Origin: Antedon mediterranea
Lineage: Eukaryota > Animalia > Echinodermata
Assembly: GCF_964355755.1 (NCBI RefSeq)
Contig: NC_092670.1
Span: 7,864,201-7,928,200 of the forward strand
Length of the DNA: 64,000 nt
Reading direction: 5' to 3'
A model generated the notes under the pieces. That model did no database searches, was not told the origin of the DNA, and saw nothing but the letters and a program-made list of their open reading frames with translations. Shown here piece after piece: positions 11,762-26,974 of this stretch; position 1 is the first letter of the stretch; the number at the start of each line of letters is the position of its first letter. The translations under genes were made by a program, and so were the position numbers.

Positions 11762-14700
11762 GTCAATTTGACCAATCATAAGTGATGGATTTTCCGAACT
11801 GTCATTGGTCGTTGAGCTTACGTACTTGGGTTGCGCAATAGGTTGCAACGCTTGGCGACGAGTTCTAATCTATTATTGTGTTAATGTTGCAATTTCACCC
11901 CATTTACATTGCAGTATTATGGTTTAGAGTTATTTATATTATATTTATACATTATTTGCAATATCAGAATCGTCCACCCGATTCTCAGTGCTGTATCTCC
12001 TCATACTATTTATTTCCGAGGTATCAGGAATATTTTGTAATACAACATCTCATTTATATCACATGTGATGCCTGTTGTATCATGTAAGGTTAGTTTAAGA
12101 TTTGAGCTACTACTAGATAATGTAATGTTGTGTAATTACAAATATTCCTATGATACCGAAAATAGGCTGAATCGTCTTCATTGGTTCATATGCTATTGAC
12201 GTAAGTACAATGGTGAAATACCCGCCGATCACGCAATATCAGCATTTTAGTTTTAGGATATCCATCGACGTAATACCGGTAATCAATACCGGTGGTACTT
12301 AAACTATTCAACCTGTTTAGTGATATCCCTATAAACTCAACAAAAACAAAAAATGTTACAACACAATCATAATCTCTAATAATTCAAAGCCCGGATACTT
12401 AATATTTGTTGGCAACAATAACACTATTGCAACAAATTGTGAAATAAAAGTGGAGTTATTGAAAACAAAATTAAAACTATTATCTCAAGAGGGTGATAAC
12501 ACACAAACGTGAGCTGAATGTATGCGGCCATCGACAACACAAAGTGACACACAATACAAAGCAGCATCAAATATAGTCCCTATATTGCCCCCCCCCCCCC
12601 ACATTCCTTGTGTCCCAAAATGTGTTCGAATCCCAGCTATATGTAGCATAATATATAACACTCTATAAAAAGCTTTAAACATTCTAATGATGATGAATAG
12701 CAAAAACATGGGAAGCCAATAACAATTTTTTTTTTAAAGTAATAAAGGCATATTTTCTGTGCATTTAAATGTTATTGCCATAGCACACTTCACGATGTAC
12801 AGTATTATGTATGCATTTTGTTATTATTTATAGAATGTGTGTGTTTTATTACAATGCTACGTGATACTTATTTGTTGTATAGTATAGTATAGTATAGTAG
12901 GCCTAGAATTGTAGTACTTTACTCTTATTCGCTACGTGTCACTAATACAATATAATATAATACAAAGAGAGACCTAGCCAAAATGCTTTACTTCTTGTAT
13001 TTCCTTAATAACCATAAAACATACACTATTCAGTCAATTCGGCGAATTTAAAAGGGAAATAACCTACTCCTCTACCTACCCTCCAACTCATCTACAAGAT
13101 CAATGAATATAACCCTAAAACAGGCACGTGTAATTGTAAGTTATTGCTACAGTATATTCTTGTCTTACAATTACAATTTTAATCCCAACCCCGTATCATC
13201 CCGTTCTTATTTTCAAACTACCCTACAAAACCTCATAAAATTCTAAATATAAATCATCATATTTTTGCAAGATAAAATCTAGGCATGTAATTACTATCGG
13301 AAAATGTTCGTACTTAAGTGGATCGAATGTTGGCGTAGGCCATGTTTCTAATTATGTATTTTTCTTAACATGACTAAAATAGACTGCGTCCCATAGGGAT
13401 GAACTAGCAGGTAGAGACCAGCTACATTGAAAGATGGATTGAGGAAATCGAGAAAGAGACTAATAATTTATCGGTAGCATACATCCCGGGAACATTAGTC
13501 ACTTTCGAATTACAGACTTTTTTTTTTCATTCATTTTTTTCTATTAACAAAACTAGTGCTGTTTCTACTAATAATGAATGCTGATTTTTTGGCAATGTTC
13601 TGCTTGATTGAGCAGAACAGTAACAACTAGATGACGCGCGCGTATTCTGTATTAAATCAGGTATTGGACGCGCGCGTTAACTTCTTGTTTTGTTACTGAC
13701 GATTTATATGTTCCAAATAAAAAGACTAGTGGCCAAATAACTAATTCGCTCTTGTAAATGTGTATATCTGCTTTAAATATAGGACACATTTTTTTAGAAA
13801 ATAAAAAAAATACAAAGTTATTGAATAAAATAAAATGAAGAAGATAATTCAAATTTGTTCGGGTTAGACCAAAGCATACACAGAAGTATTAATTGCTGTC
13901 ACCAGCTATACACGTGGCCGTCGACAAATATCTGAAATCATCACGGTTGTCTCTTGACATAAGGTGTTTCATTTCAATGCTCGAATACCGATTATCAATA
14001 TCCTGCGAACTGGTATTTAAAGTTCGTTAGTGTCTCACCATGATATCTAGTATGTTGTCTTAAGGACTTCTGTTAACATTGTATTTAGACCATCTTCACA
14101 TAATACATATAATTATTATCCAGTATACTCTGCTGTGTTTACATAGCATTATATGAATGAATCGGCAATTGACATCTGACGGATATTAATCCGGCATACC
14201 TAATAATTTTAAAGCACCCCTGGATAGTTTTAACCACGGCTCAATTTTGATCCTAGAATTCTACAAAAATCACTTGTCGTTGTGAAACCAGTGCATTAGG
14301 CCTATTGATTGTTCTGAAACCAATTTTGAATTCCGGAAACGTCTGGATCTACCTGAGGGAGTTGAAATTAATCCTTCTAAACCTGGGTCCCGTTGAGCTG
14401 GTATAAACAGCATTCATTATTTACCTTTATTCAAGTTACCATTAATTAAAAACAATTCGTGTTATTCAAGCAGAATAAGCATATAATGACTGAACTATTC
14501 AACGGCAAAAAAACATGCCAGTTGATGTTTTAGGATATTACCGGTAGGCTATTTTGTTAGATTCCCTCTGATGTCTGGGTCTACAGAAAATTGATTTCGA
14601 CTAAAGAAAAAAAAAGTAAAACTTTCATAATGGCATGATCTATGGTCAAGACTGAATGGTACATTTGTTACGAGAGATTACTAAACATGATTTTGACATT

Positions 14701-17700
14701 ACGTTCATGCATTTTTTATCAAAAGAGAATTAATAAAGTACCAATTATCACAGTTGCTTTATAAGGAATTAAGTATGTTATCAATCTATGTCTATGGTCT
14801 ATATTATTACGTTTTAAACGAGGTTTTTGAATTTATTTTAGCTACATTCGTTACTGAGCTTTTAACATACGCATTGTTAAGGTTAGCATTCATTCCACCT
14901 TCACTGTTGTTTGCTCTGAATTAAATAAAATTGTACATGATTTTACGAATTCCGTCAGTGTCGTTTCAGATTATCAATAAAAGTTTACTATGTCTTTTGT
15001 CGGTGATCATGATTTGCTTCTAAAGTTATTAAACCAGTGGAAGATCAATAGAAAGCCGTCGGCTAGTGAACTTTAAAAGTTATTTAAGATTGAAAAGGGG
15101 ATAAAAAGAGAAAGGGATTAATCTTTAATCCAGACAATAAGACTGGTGAATGTATTAACTACCAAATCAACAGTATATTAAGTACATGGTTACATGCAAC
15201 GTTCAGATAATATATTTGCATTTTGAAGGAAGAAACTATATACAAGCTTAGGCACGCATAACCGTTTATATCTACATGTAATGACTAAAATGAAATAGCC
15301 AAGGGCTTTTCGCATAATTTTTGCGTTATTTTGATGCATAAAAACAACCTATAGAAACGGGAGAATCCGATTCCATTGAAATGACAAAACTCACAAAAGC
15401 CGGATAATTAACTGGTTTCCTATAGTTGTATTTTGTTGAATATCACGTTTATTACTGAGCTGTGATGAATTATTAGATTTGTCTGCAACACGTGGCTGAC
15501 TATTGTGAGCAGTCAAACGAAGCCAAACGAAAGTTTACTGGCATTGTTGCAGACCATATAACATATTATATTTGGTGTGAGTTTGCAGATCTCTAACAAA
15601 CGCGGATATTTGATGATGTTGATTCAATTACAAACGTATATTTCAAAGCTCATATGTTTTCAATAATATAAAACCAACCTACAACAAAAATCTTATCCAA
15701 TGCGTTAATGCCAGAAATTTCTCTGAGTAGTAAAGTTAAAAAATGTTCACAATGTAAGACCTGTTTTACTGTACAGTTGAGTTAGCCTACTATACACATT
15801 GTATGAAGAAAAAAGAACAGAAGAAATATGAAATTTTAATTGAGAAGCAGGTAGGAAAAAGCATTACATTGACATACCCCACACGTACTGAAAAAATGGA
15901 TCACATATTTGTATAAATAGCTCCACCTAGTTTAGAAGCAATCACCATCATGCCGAATTAAAAAACTGTTTTATTAGGGAAGACCATTTTATTGTTTTTT
16001 TTTTCTTTTATTCATGATATCAAAGGAAAATCAATTCACGGTCAAATTGTCAATAAAAATTAGTTCATAAAACCCACGACAAATATCTTATTGACAGAAA
16101 CAATTTAAAATTTAACACGTAGGATACAATATTAATCAGCACAAGGTTTTTGAATACGTATCGTCTTTTAACATGAGTGTCTGGGTACGGTGTATTGATT
16201 TATATTATGTAGCTTCCTGAAAATCGTTCAGTGTTCAGTAGAACCATGGAGACAACTATTCTTTGGTAGAACCATATTACATTAATGTGAATGGGACACC
16301 TTAGAGGCACAACCATTAAGGGGCCACAACCATTAAAGGGACACAACCATTTTATCCAGAATGTCCCGTTAATAGTGGAAAATTATATTAACTTTCGATC
16401 GTTTTACATACAGACCCCCTACCCCAAATAACGGCGTAAATACATATTCTTGAATGGAATTGAAAAAAAAAAGAATAGTGCGTTTAAAAGTTAATTATAT
16501 TGGTAACAATGTTGCATTTGTATCTTCTATTTGACTTTGAGAGTATAAATAACAAACTATTAAATGAAAATAAATATGTATGACTGTCCCTTTAATTTGA
16601 AAGTTTAAATAAATTTAGGCCTATACCTTTGTTGCCACTCTTACAAAAAGTTTGATTTTAAATGTTCCTGCTGAAGTAAATGAAATAAAATAAATCAGGG
16701 ATGGCTAGATGCAAGAGCGTCATTTAAATAATATTGATTTGGTATAATACCACGCCGCTTTAAAACAAGGGTTATTTTACTATGCAGTCCGTACTAGAAT
16801 TACCCTTGATAGAATTTTAATGGTGCATTAGAAAAAAGATGTAACGAATAAGATACGCCGTGCAACAGTTATAGTTCATTTGGATATAGCAGTTATTGTG
16901 AAATTACGCGTTCGAACTTGTTAGTACGGACGTTAATTAGTACACTAATCTTTCAATGGCTATTATAATGCACATTGGCGAGGGTATTAACCGTAAAGGT
17001 GACAAGATCCAGCCTATAAATCCTACTTCCTAAAAACTAAAGAGACTGAACTGATTCTATTTGTGTAACTTCATTTTACCTAATGGTATCATTCACTAAA
17101 CAGTTACTGAATATTTACGTTCCTAAAAGGTAAATCGTAAATGAAACAAAATTAAACAATTTAATAAAAAAACTCCTAACAAATTTATAGAAAACAAAAC
17201 AACAAAAATAAAACAAAGCTCAATGTAAAAATCAAGACACTTTTTTACAATGAAAAAAAAAATCTATAAAGGATTACGAATTATTGATTAGTTAAATAAC
17301 CAATTGAATTGTGAATAAAGAAAACCACGATCTGTGTATATAGCACGTGGCTTATGTATCAGGCTCAGGTGAATGACTTGTTTGACAATGTGATACAAAC
17401 ACGGCGGTCGTGTATACAATGGTAAATTCCCAGGGGTTACTATATATAGGAAAAGTAATGATATAAAACAAGAATACAGGTGAATAGGTGGTTTACAGGT
17501 GTGCATAAAATATAAACACTTTCACCGGTCAACATCCGGTAACCTTCAGGAGCCGAAATACGAGCAATGGCCATGAAATAATTAAACTAAATTGTCGGCT
17601 CTAAGGGGTAACAGATAAAGATATAAATAGTTTTCAATATTCATCTTTGACGGTACGTCTGCCTTAATTAAGAAGTTACTTTTGTAATCGGCAACGGCTT

Positions 17701-18633
17701 GACTCGTACGTACAATAGGCCTATTTTGGAAGTTTATAACTTTTTTAAACTACAGATCGGCCTACTGTAGGCCTATCTGCAATATTATCTGCTATTTCAA
17801 AATACGTTTCTGAAATGGTAAAGTCATATAGGCCTATAGCCTATAGTCGAACCAACTCGGTCCGCCGCCCATCCATTTCATTTTTTCCTGAAAAATATTA
17901 TTTTTATGGAACTATACTTAAAATAATATATAAAACATACGATTTACGGCAATTTACGTATGGAGATGTTGCTGAGCGTTGTTCATTTAACGTTAAATAC
18001 AAAGTATCCGTGGTGTATTGTAAACATTTAAAAAATCAATCAATTTTAAAATAGGCCATAAACTGGCAATGCAATGAAATGTAAATTCAAATCCAATTTG
18101 GGCACTTCGGTTTTATTAAAGAGTTCGCGGAAATCGATGACACTCATTAGATATTGATCTCGCATAGCTTATACTTTAAATAGTTGTAATCAACAGAGAT
18201 ATAGATAATCCCGTATTTAATTGACATGATCCACTACTATACTATCATTCAGTCAGTAAGGTACAAGAACGCTTTGATATCGATCGAAATCCTACTTTTT
18301 ACAGTAGCTAGAGTCGACGTAGACACATTGTGTCCTTGCTATTTGGCCAAATCACCTGCGGAACGCCGAAGCTATTGTAGGTCCCACTCCTTTTATAAGC
18401 ATGTACAACAAAAACCAAAAAGAAGTCTACAGTTTGAAATTGACAACAAAATGTTGACGTATACAACTACACACAATTAATTATACAGAATTTGCAAAAA
18501 AAAACAAAAAAATCCGATTATAAACATCACAGATTTGTTGAAAATGTTATAAAAATCCAATCACATTATGAAAAACGATCACACTATCAAGCCGAACTAT
18601 TCGGCCAAGCCCTTAAAGGTACAGAATACATAC

Positions 18634-18756
18634 CGTATTTGATGGTCTTGTTGCAGATCGTTTATCCCTTGCTATTGCTATTGACGCACTATCAATTGTT
18701 GCAAAAATGTTCAAAAATAATACAATTAAAACAGAAGAAGAAAAAATTCGGGACAT
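18634..18756 (-). CDS. PDGF/VEGF-family gene exon 1 (signal peptide and furin site)
   Basis: ATG in aaaATG context; MSRIFSSSVLIVLFLNIFATIDSASIAIARDKRSATRPSNT has a hydrophobic signal peptide and an RDKR furin motif. Donor ACG|gtatgt is phase 0, compatible with exon 2. Linkage across the ~15.9 kb intron is inferred. Confidence 0.75.
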
Positions 18757-18988
18757 TTTGTCCACACAATTGTCAATAATATTAAAAGAGTAACGTTTAT
18801 AATCCTTGAAAAACGTATCACTATTCCGTTTGTGGAAAAATCTCTCACTATTCAACCGTAAGCAACACCTGCTATCAACCAAACATGTAAATGAAAATAC
18901 TACGTCGCCTGTCGAAAATTTTATCTGAAAGAAATGCCCTCAACGGCAGATCGCTCTGTTAATTTCGGAACTCCGCTAGCAAACTGCA

Positions 18989-19023
18989 AACTGATTCAGA
19001 GAAAAAAGTACTTCTGTTTTATA
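18989..19023 (-). promoter_or_regulatory. Core promoter of the VEGF-like gene: TATA box and initiator
   Basis: Minus-strand TATAAAA at 19023-19017 and TCAGTT Inr at 18994-18989. The first T of TATA is 31 nt from the Inr A (18992), the canonical spacing. Confidence 0.7.
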
Positions 19024-19183
19024 ACACCTTCGAGGTGACCGGAATTAGCCAACTCATCTAACTCATCGCTTTTTGGTGGCTAAAATGACTAATTAGTAAC
19101 AGTACACTACATTGTTCCTCGACGTTTCTACACGATATAGCCTAAACGCACCGTGACAAAATCGACGATGAAATATGTGTTTT

Positions 19184-19193
19184 CCTTATATGG
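19184..19193. promoter_or_regulatory. CArG box (SRF site) upstream of the VEGF-like gene
   Basis: CCTTATATGG is a perfect CC(A/T)6GG, ~190 bp upstream of the predicted TSS. Confidence 0.55.
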
Positions 19194-19258
19194 GTAGTAT
19201 TTGATATGTAATGTTCCCCCACGAGTATTTATAACCTGTTGTTTCTTCGAATTGAGCA

Positions 19259-19526
19259 TGCGTCAATGTTACGTCATCGTTGTTAGAGGTTTTAATGAAT
19301 TACCCACAAGTTATTTCTAATATTTAATATAAAACAATAATAATTAGTAAGTTGGGTGAAAAGCCACCAAAAGAACCTGTCCGTTATCATACTTTATATA
19401 TGATATTTATTTTTTTAAATTATTTATCAATAAAATATATAAAGTGTTTTTAAACAAACTTTTTCGACATCTTATTATAGTTATTCCATTGTTTATTATT
19501 ATTGATCATCGCTATCTATGACGTCA
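19259..19526. promoter_or_regulatory. CRE/ATF-like sites
   Basis: TGCGTCA (19259), TTACGTCA (19269) and a perfect TGACGTCA (19519) lie in the proximal upstream region. Confidence 0.4.
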
Positions 19527-20104
19527 ATATCGTCATCATGCCGTCATCATCAAGTATTGTGTTCATCATCATCATCATCATCATCATTAAAATCAACGTC
19601 AACATAATTTTAGGCCAGTATCATTAACAAACTGTCTTATTATGGTACCCTATGTGGACGGAGGACAAACAAAATGACCGAGGGTAAAGGCGGAGGGGGT
19701 GTGGGTATTGAATAGAATGAATTTAAATTAGATATATATAACTTGTGTCGCAATCAGCAAATCAATTAGCATGTTTATTTTTGAAGGCATAAATGACCCA
19801 GTCGGATTTAGCTAAGTGTGTGTATTTAAGTAGTATTTAATTGAAAGTAATTTATCGGAATTCATAATACTGTATAATTATACTTACTGTAGAAATAAGA
19901 TAAGAATAAGATATGTAAATGAGTTGACATCATTAGGAACATTTACGCGTAACTATGTTACGGCTTTTGTGCGCGCGCGTTGACTTCTTGTTACTTGGTA
20001 TTGTCTTTTTACATAGATCTTATGTTTTCAAGATTATAATTATTATACAGTAGACCCTTAGGACAATTCTAGTCAAGGCAGAGAGTGGCCCCGAAGATGT
20101 ACGA

Positions 20105-20187
20105 GGCGCCGTTTGGGACATTGCTAATTTTAATATTTAATAAAATTGTAATATTTCGACAAAATTAGCAATGTCCAATACGGCGCC
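20105..20187. repeat. 27-bp inverted repeat / miniature hairpin element
   Basis: ggcgccgtttgggacattgctaatttt ... aaaattagcaatgtccaatacggcgcc (2 mismatches) around a 29-nt AT-rich loop. Confidence 0.75.
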
Positions 20188-22354
20188 CCGTAAAGATGTC
20201 CCATTAATAGCCAGCCAAGCAGCCAAGTCAATCAACATTCTATTATTTCAGTAGTTATGTTCTACTGTTAACGATGAAGCCTTCAGTATTCGTATAATAA
20301 AGTATAATTGATTTGTTTATTATGTAATATTGTGACTGATAATTATGTTATCTTTGTTAAAGTTCTTTTCATCTAGGCAGTTTAACATAGCTGATTTTTT
20401 ATATGCTCTACCTATGCAGCTATTTGATTTAATTTATGATCTAAATCTTTAGAAAGGAAAAAAAAAAAATTCAATACCATAATAATAATAATAACACCAT
20501 ACTATAATTATTACATTTTATTTTCAATGTTGGAACAGCAATTCTGAATACTAGCTTCATATTACTAAATATACCAAAAGGCAACATTATATAGTTGAAC
20601 TCCACAGGCGAAAGTGCTAAACTTAACGAACTTCAACTTATAGCATACTTGTTTTCCTTCTTTCACACGAATGTGTTCGTAAACAAAATATTCTCTCTGG
20701 AAATCCTATAAATTGTTCTACCATACCACTTCGAGGGTAAATGGAATTAAATAAAACGGTTTTAAAAAGAAAATGTCTTGCCAGCATAAACCGTTAAGGT
20801 AATCTTACTTACGAAACAAACAAGGATTTGTGTGTTACATGAATGTACAGTAATAGTTTAATATATACGTATAGATTATACATATGTGTATACGACAAAC
20901 ACTAATTTTAAGCTTAACACTATCACAAATGCATGACTTCTAATCATTATTCATGTATCCTTTAAATGTATATAACTACGCTTTCGAGAGTCATGCTATA
21001 CCGTAGTATCGTTACAGTGTTTCCATGGTTTTGTTTGACGTGTCTACCCTGTTTATACAATTGTACAAATATTAACCACCTGTTTACAAGACTATTACAT
21101 GAATGTTTCTGCACTAATTTGCACCCGCATGCATAATATCGCTATAGGTCCTCTATTCTATTTTACATAATTAACTTAACATTGCCGCGAAAAACAGTGT
21201 TACATATCCATATGTTATTATGTATCAATATCAATGTAACAACAATCGTTTTGCCCTTCGGTGTTAGGCTTAAACTGTATACAATTTGGCTTCAAACTGG
21301 TTGCACAAACCTTAGGGGCAGAGACGGCGTCTGCTGAAGTCAAATACTTTTATTAATTTTAAACCCAAGGTCGAGCTCTCCCTAAATGCCAAAAAGAGAC
21401 TAAGTTCACACGACAATTTACTTTGAAGGTATGCGAGTGTACCGCGGTACCTGGCGTTATCAAAGTGATTTCCTATAATTTAAAATTTAATTAATTGCAT
21501 TGTACAAATAGGTACATGTTTTGACTATTCTATCAATTTGCTATACTTTATACATTAAAACTGATAATACGAAAATTGATTCATGTGACAAGATCATCAT
21601 CATTTTATTTTTTAAAGTCGTTTATTTAAATATAGAATCTAACTATGACACGCGCGCATAAAAATGTTGATGAACATCTGAACGGCTTTTGTACGCGTGA
21701 TTCAATTGGTGACGTCACATTATTTTTCGACGTTTTAATATTACAGTGAATTAAATTGAAATGTCGTATTTTGTTGTGAAGATAACGAACGAATATAAAA
21801 TATACATTTTCCTGCCGAAAGCAAAAAGGTTTCATCATGAATATAGAATAACTATTTATACTTTCTTCGATGAAAATAATATTTTCACAAATGCAATCAA
21901 ATGACGTCATGATCAATAAGAACAATAACAATGATTTGATCCTACTATATTAATAGTTATTGAATCTAACTACTATAGGTTCTTCTGATTTTCATTATTT
22001 CTATCCTTGATTAATTAATTTAGAGTTGCATTTAAACATTTTACTGACTGACGGACAAACTGACACATAAATGACAGGAAATGTGAATGATCTGTGTGAT
22101 TAACGTAATTTAGAAATAGAGAGCTATATCTGGATTCATTTCAAACTTATACTAACATTTAGACTTATGTTGCATTGTAAATACAGCTATATGCCTAAGG
22201 ATGAGTTGCAAAATTAACGATTATACGATGTCTGATATTATGCTTACGTTTCAAGCCGAAATGAATGATTTGAAAGATAAATTGAGCCATGAAATAAGTT
22301 TGGGCTTAGGTTTAATGATCATTCGGTATTCTTATTTAAATACAATGTCTAACT

Positions 22355-22845
22355 CTGCCGTACTTTGAGAAAAGGGCTTATCTACAAAAGATAAAGCCTT
22401 TTCACAAATTATTTTGTACTTAAAAATGTCGGGAAATACTTTTGCAGTTATTTTGTTTGATTTTTAATGAAATTTACGAAAACATTTAATAACTTTAGTT
22501 AAAATAAATTATAACTGTAATTTAGATCAGGTAATTTGTAAAAGAAATTACAAAATATATGAAAAAGGCTTTTCTCTTAAGAGCATTAATCTGTCTCATT
22601 ATATATTCATCATACTGTTATCTGATTGGTCAATTACTGTAGTTGAGGCCTTTTGTCAAATTATTTCTATAGGCCTAGGTGTTTGTATAATAATAATTAT
22701 TATTATAAATTTCATATTTATAGACATATTTTGTGATAACTGTTCAATTCATGTGACAGAGTATACCCTCAAGAGTCAAATAAGACAAAAATTTCAAATT
22801 TAGAAAAAAAAAATGTAGTTAAGCCCTTTTCTCAAAGTAGGGCAG
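22355..22845. mobile_element. Non-autonomous TIR DNA transposon (~490 bp)
   Basis: TIRs CTGCC(G/C)TACTTTGAGAAAAGGGCTTA.CTACA at both ends. A second right end occurs at ~38255-38287 (taagcccttttctcaaagtacagcagta). Confidence 0.75.
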
Positions 22846-23224
22846 TACTGTATGAACAAACAGAGAACATACATATAGTAAGAAACAAACATGGCATGAG
22901 TTCACACTTACAAAACATTTAATGAGCTCACTAGATATTAATAAATAATGTTGTGAAATATAATTAGTTAAAATGAAATGTAGACACTTATTAGCACTAT
23001 CACCGTCCTCGCTCTACTCTGCATTTCCCGTACATGGAAATAGCATGTCTTATCTACTAAGCAAATATCGGTCACTTAAGACTAAACATCGATCCTTTAA
23101 TATTATCTATATATTCGACGAGTAGCCTATACTTGCTTATGGATTACTCCACCAAAATGCAAACTATTAACTTCATTTTAAATCATCAATTTTGGTATTA
23201 TAAAAAAAAACGTGCCAAGATAAC

Positions 23225-23690
23225 AATGTTTGTGAGTTGTGCGTGTCAAAGGTTGTGACAGCTGCTGACGCATGTCAAAGTTGGCGAGTTGTAAACTAAT
23301 GCATTTCATTGAGAGTTTTGATTCGTGCCAACGTTAAATTTTTTCTGTGTCAAAGGTTGTGTGTTTTGATCTAAGTAAATTAAAGTTTGTGAGTTCTGTT
23401 AAGTGCAAACGTTTGTGAGTTTTGATGCGTTCAAAAGTTTTTATTGCTGCGTGTCAAAGGTTGTGAGTTTTGTTGCATGTCAACATTTGAGAGTTTAATT
23501 TGTGTGTCAAATGTTTTTGATGCGTTTCAAAGTGTGTGTTTCGTTGCGTGTCAAAGGTAGTTAGTTGTGTAGCACAGCGTGTCAAAGTTTGTGAGTGCAA
23601 TTACGTGGTTTATTTTATTTTGTGTTAAAGTGTGTAAGTTATGTAACTTTAAAAGTTGCGTGATAAAGTGTGTGCATTTTATTGCGGCAA
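23225..23690. repeat. Degenerate ~21-22 bp minisatellite (tgcgtgtcaaaggttgtgagttt)
   Basis: Many imperfect tandem copies of gtgtcaaa(g/a)gtttgtgagttt. Confidence 0.75.
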
Positions 23691-26600
23691 AAATTTTGTA
23701 AATTTTGAATATTAAATGTTGTAAAGTTTTTGTGGTTTAAATAATCGTTTCCTTTTTAGAGTTATATATCCGTCTTGTTTTTTCCAACCACAATAATAAT
23801 TTTTAAAAATCATAGTGATAATGCTAGGCGTTTTCATAAGGATACCCCCACGTACTATGGTTCGATGACGAAACATGGTGCTGAAATACGTCATTTGTCA
23901 AATTTGTGTGTTATATTATCAAAATTGTGCCTTAATTCGTTTAAAAACAAACCACAATTATAATAAAATTTACAAATCATATTCATAAATAAGGGTCTCT
24001 GGTTCTTGTTGCCGGGATATCTTGGTCTAGAAATGTCTCATATCCTCATATCTAAATGTGTAGGCCTACTTATGTAACAAACACGCCGTCGATTCAACAA
24101 TTCATAATATACGTTCACACTGGCCCGAAATGGCGCGAAAAATGGGTATGTGTACTCCGTTCACATTAACTCATTACAAAAGTTACGTAGTTGGACCGTA
24201 TCCGGGCTGTATTCCGGGCTCAGTGGGAACGGATATGTTTCATCGGAAAATATCAGAGAGATACTGTACGGTACCTATCACGTTTAAATTTGGAAGAAAT
24301 ATTGGTAAAATATACATTTTGGCACACATGGCGTGTCGTAGACTTACGTATACTTGAGCTGGAAATGTACTAACTTTAAAAAAAGACAATAATATAGAGA
24401 GGTACCGAATATGTTATCGATGCCGCGCCTATAAGTTTGTTATGGCCTGAAAATTCACTTTTTGGTTTAAGGATCTACAATTTCATAATCATTAGGCTTA
24501 ATTGTTGCTAAATGTATTAATTTTGTGATCACATGATTAAAGTGACTGTATGGTCAACGGTCATTTCATTCAATTCAAAGACATATAATCAGTTACTGCA
24601 AACACTGTCATTAAAATAACTTTCATTCTATGCCATCAATCACAATTTTATTATCAACTGCTGTGTCATCGTTAAGTAATATATTCTACACTTTATTTTG
24701 AAGAGTGCCTGTCAAAAAAGGAACTTTTACCTCAAATAGTCAGGCTTCACATTTCCATATATACAAAGCAACAGCTCAACAGGATATTTCGGATAAAATT
24801 AATTTATCTGCAGCTATTAACTACATATTTCTTCTTTTTTTAAATTGATGATGAGAGTATATGGAAAACGCAATTAAAATTTAATTTCTAACCGATTAAG
24901 ATAATAGAAGTATAATAATACACACAATTTAGACATGCCTACTGTACATTAGCAGATTTGCAATATTCGCCCATGATGCTCCAATATTAACAATAATTCC
25001 GTTACCGTTTTCAGAATAGTATAACAATTTACCCCAAAAAGGAAAAACGAACGAAAATAAGATCGAAATATGTTTATAATGGTTTTTTTTAAATATCAAA
25101 ACTCCGAAATTAGTCTGTTAGCCAGACTAGAAGACTACATCTAACCAATTACTTTAGTTATTGAATACGATTTATTGACCAGGTGAGCTCCCTAAATCAG
25201 ACTATTGAGAACACATATCATTATGATGATATTATATAGAATTCGCGTGTTCTTCTCGAGGTTTTTTTTAAAGTGAGTATTCACTATTTATCAAACATCT
25301 GATTAACTAGCTCCCTGACGCGAAGTTAATTGGCCCAATTATCCTCATGAATTGTTTTAATGTATGTTCCATGATAATATAAATATGTACATTGCAATAT
25401 TCGAAATTTTGTAAAAATAATGCATTATTAACTTTAAATATACATTGACTACTAAACTATGTAATTTCTTGTCATTCTGGGTCTTTTTTATGATAACAAG
25501 AGAAAACCAATGTACTAAACAATAGGCCTACTGTTGTTCGTTTTAGGCATAGGTTATACAGTAGGTTGGGCGACTAGTTAGCGGTAACGTACGAACATCG
25601 TACCATAGCTATATTCTATAGGCTCAGCCTCATATTCTCGTTGGTAAATTAATTGTCTTTCTTTTTTTTTCCTTTTTTGATAGAATCCGTTACTACAGAT
25701 CTGAGAAGACCGATCTTAATGCGCAAATCTGTGATGTTAAATAGTAACAAGTGTTCAATATAATATAGGGTTTCTTTATACCATGTAGGCCCTACCCACA
25801 TGACGCAATATGTTTGGCTGTTAATTTAAACATTTGACCTCACAAGATAATATCCCTAATTAAAAAGTCTTTATATTCAACGTTAAACAATTTATATACA
25901 ATTGCTATATACAAGTGCTTAAAATAAATCTAAGGAATTATGAACGAATCGTTATTCCCTGTGACGGCGTGAAGCGGACGCATGGACAGTTAAGAGCGCT
26001 TAGCGTGGCGTACGTATGTTGGCACCAAAGCCCTAAAGACACGGTCAGCTTAAGTATGCATACACATTAATTTAGGTAAAATCGATTAACACATGTATTG
26101 AAATAAGCAAATAACTGTTAAATTTGATTATATTCCAACAAAATAAACATAATCCAAACAGGACTGCAGGTTGTTTTGGGATTGACAGACTGGCGAACTA
26201 AAACATAGTCTAAGCAAGTACAATACAGTTTAATGTAAACAAAAAAGGGCAGGGGCCAAAACAATAATTATTTACCAACAAAAATCTCATACACATTCTC
26301 TAAATTGACGTTACTGTCATGTTTCGAATTAATAGATAGCATAGGCCTAGAGGCTATTTGTATTTTGCGCTAAATAAATTTAAAACCATTAATAACTAGA
26401 AATTATTATCGCAATTATACTATTCTGCACATTCACAGGAATTCTGTAAATAGACGGTGGTTGCAATCGGGTATTTTTCCTCTGGATGTGGTAAATACTG
26501 TTATCATTCATGTACACGTACACGGAACTGTAAATCTGACTACGGCAGCCGTTTTATGGAAATACTAGTAATTACAGCACTTTCATGTGTTGTGTTGGAA

Positions 26601-26974
26601 GCATTGAATAGATGACGTTTAAACTAGTCTGCAGACCTACTGTAACTAATTGTTTCCAGTACCATAGAAAAATATCATAATACAGCAACACATGTGTTCT
26701 ACACTGTATAGGATAGTATCATAGACTATCTTAATCCTTAACCTACAGTACGGTACCCTTACATCTTACAGACACCACATATGATAAACATGCGATGCTG
26801 GTATTAATTTGTTAATACCGAATTTTTCTATGATGGACACATATTGTCATGCAGCACTGAGAACTGACTTTTAAGAAAGATGAGATACTTTTTTAAAGAA
26901 TAAGATATATTTGAAATAAAATAGGTCTACATACTAAACATAAGCAGAATCATTAAAATGACACTGATTTGCAC

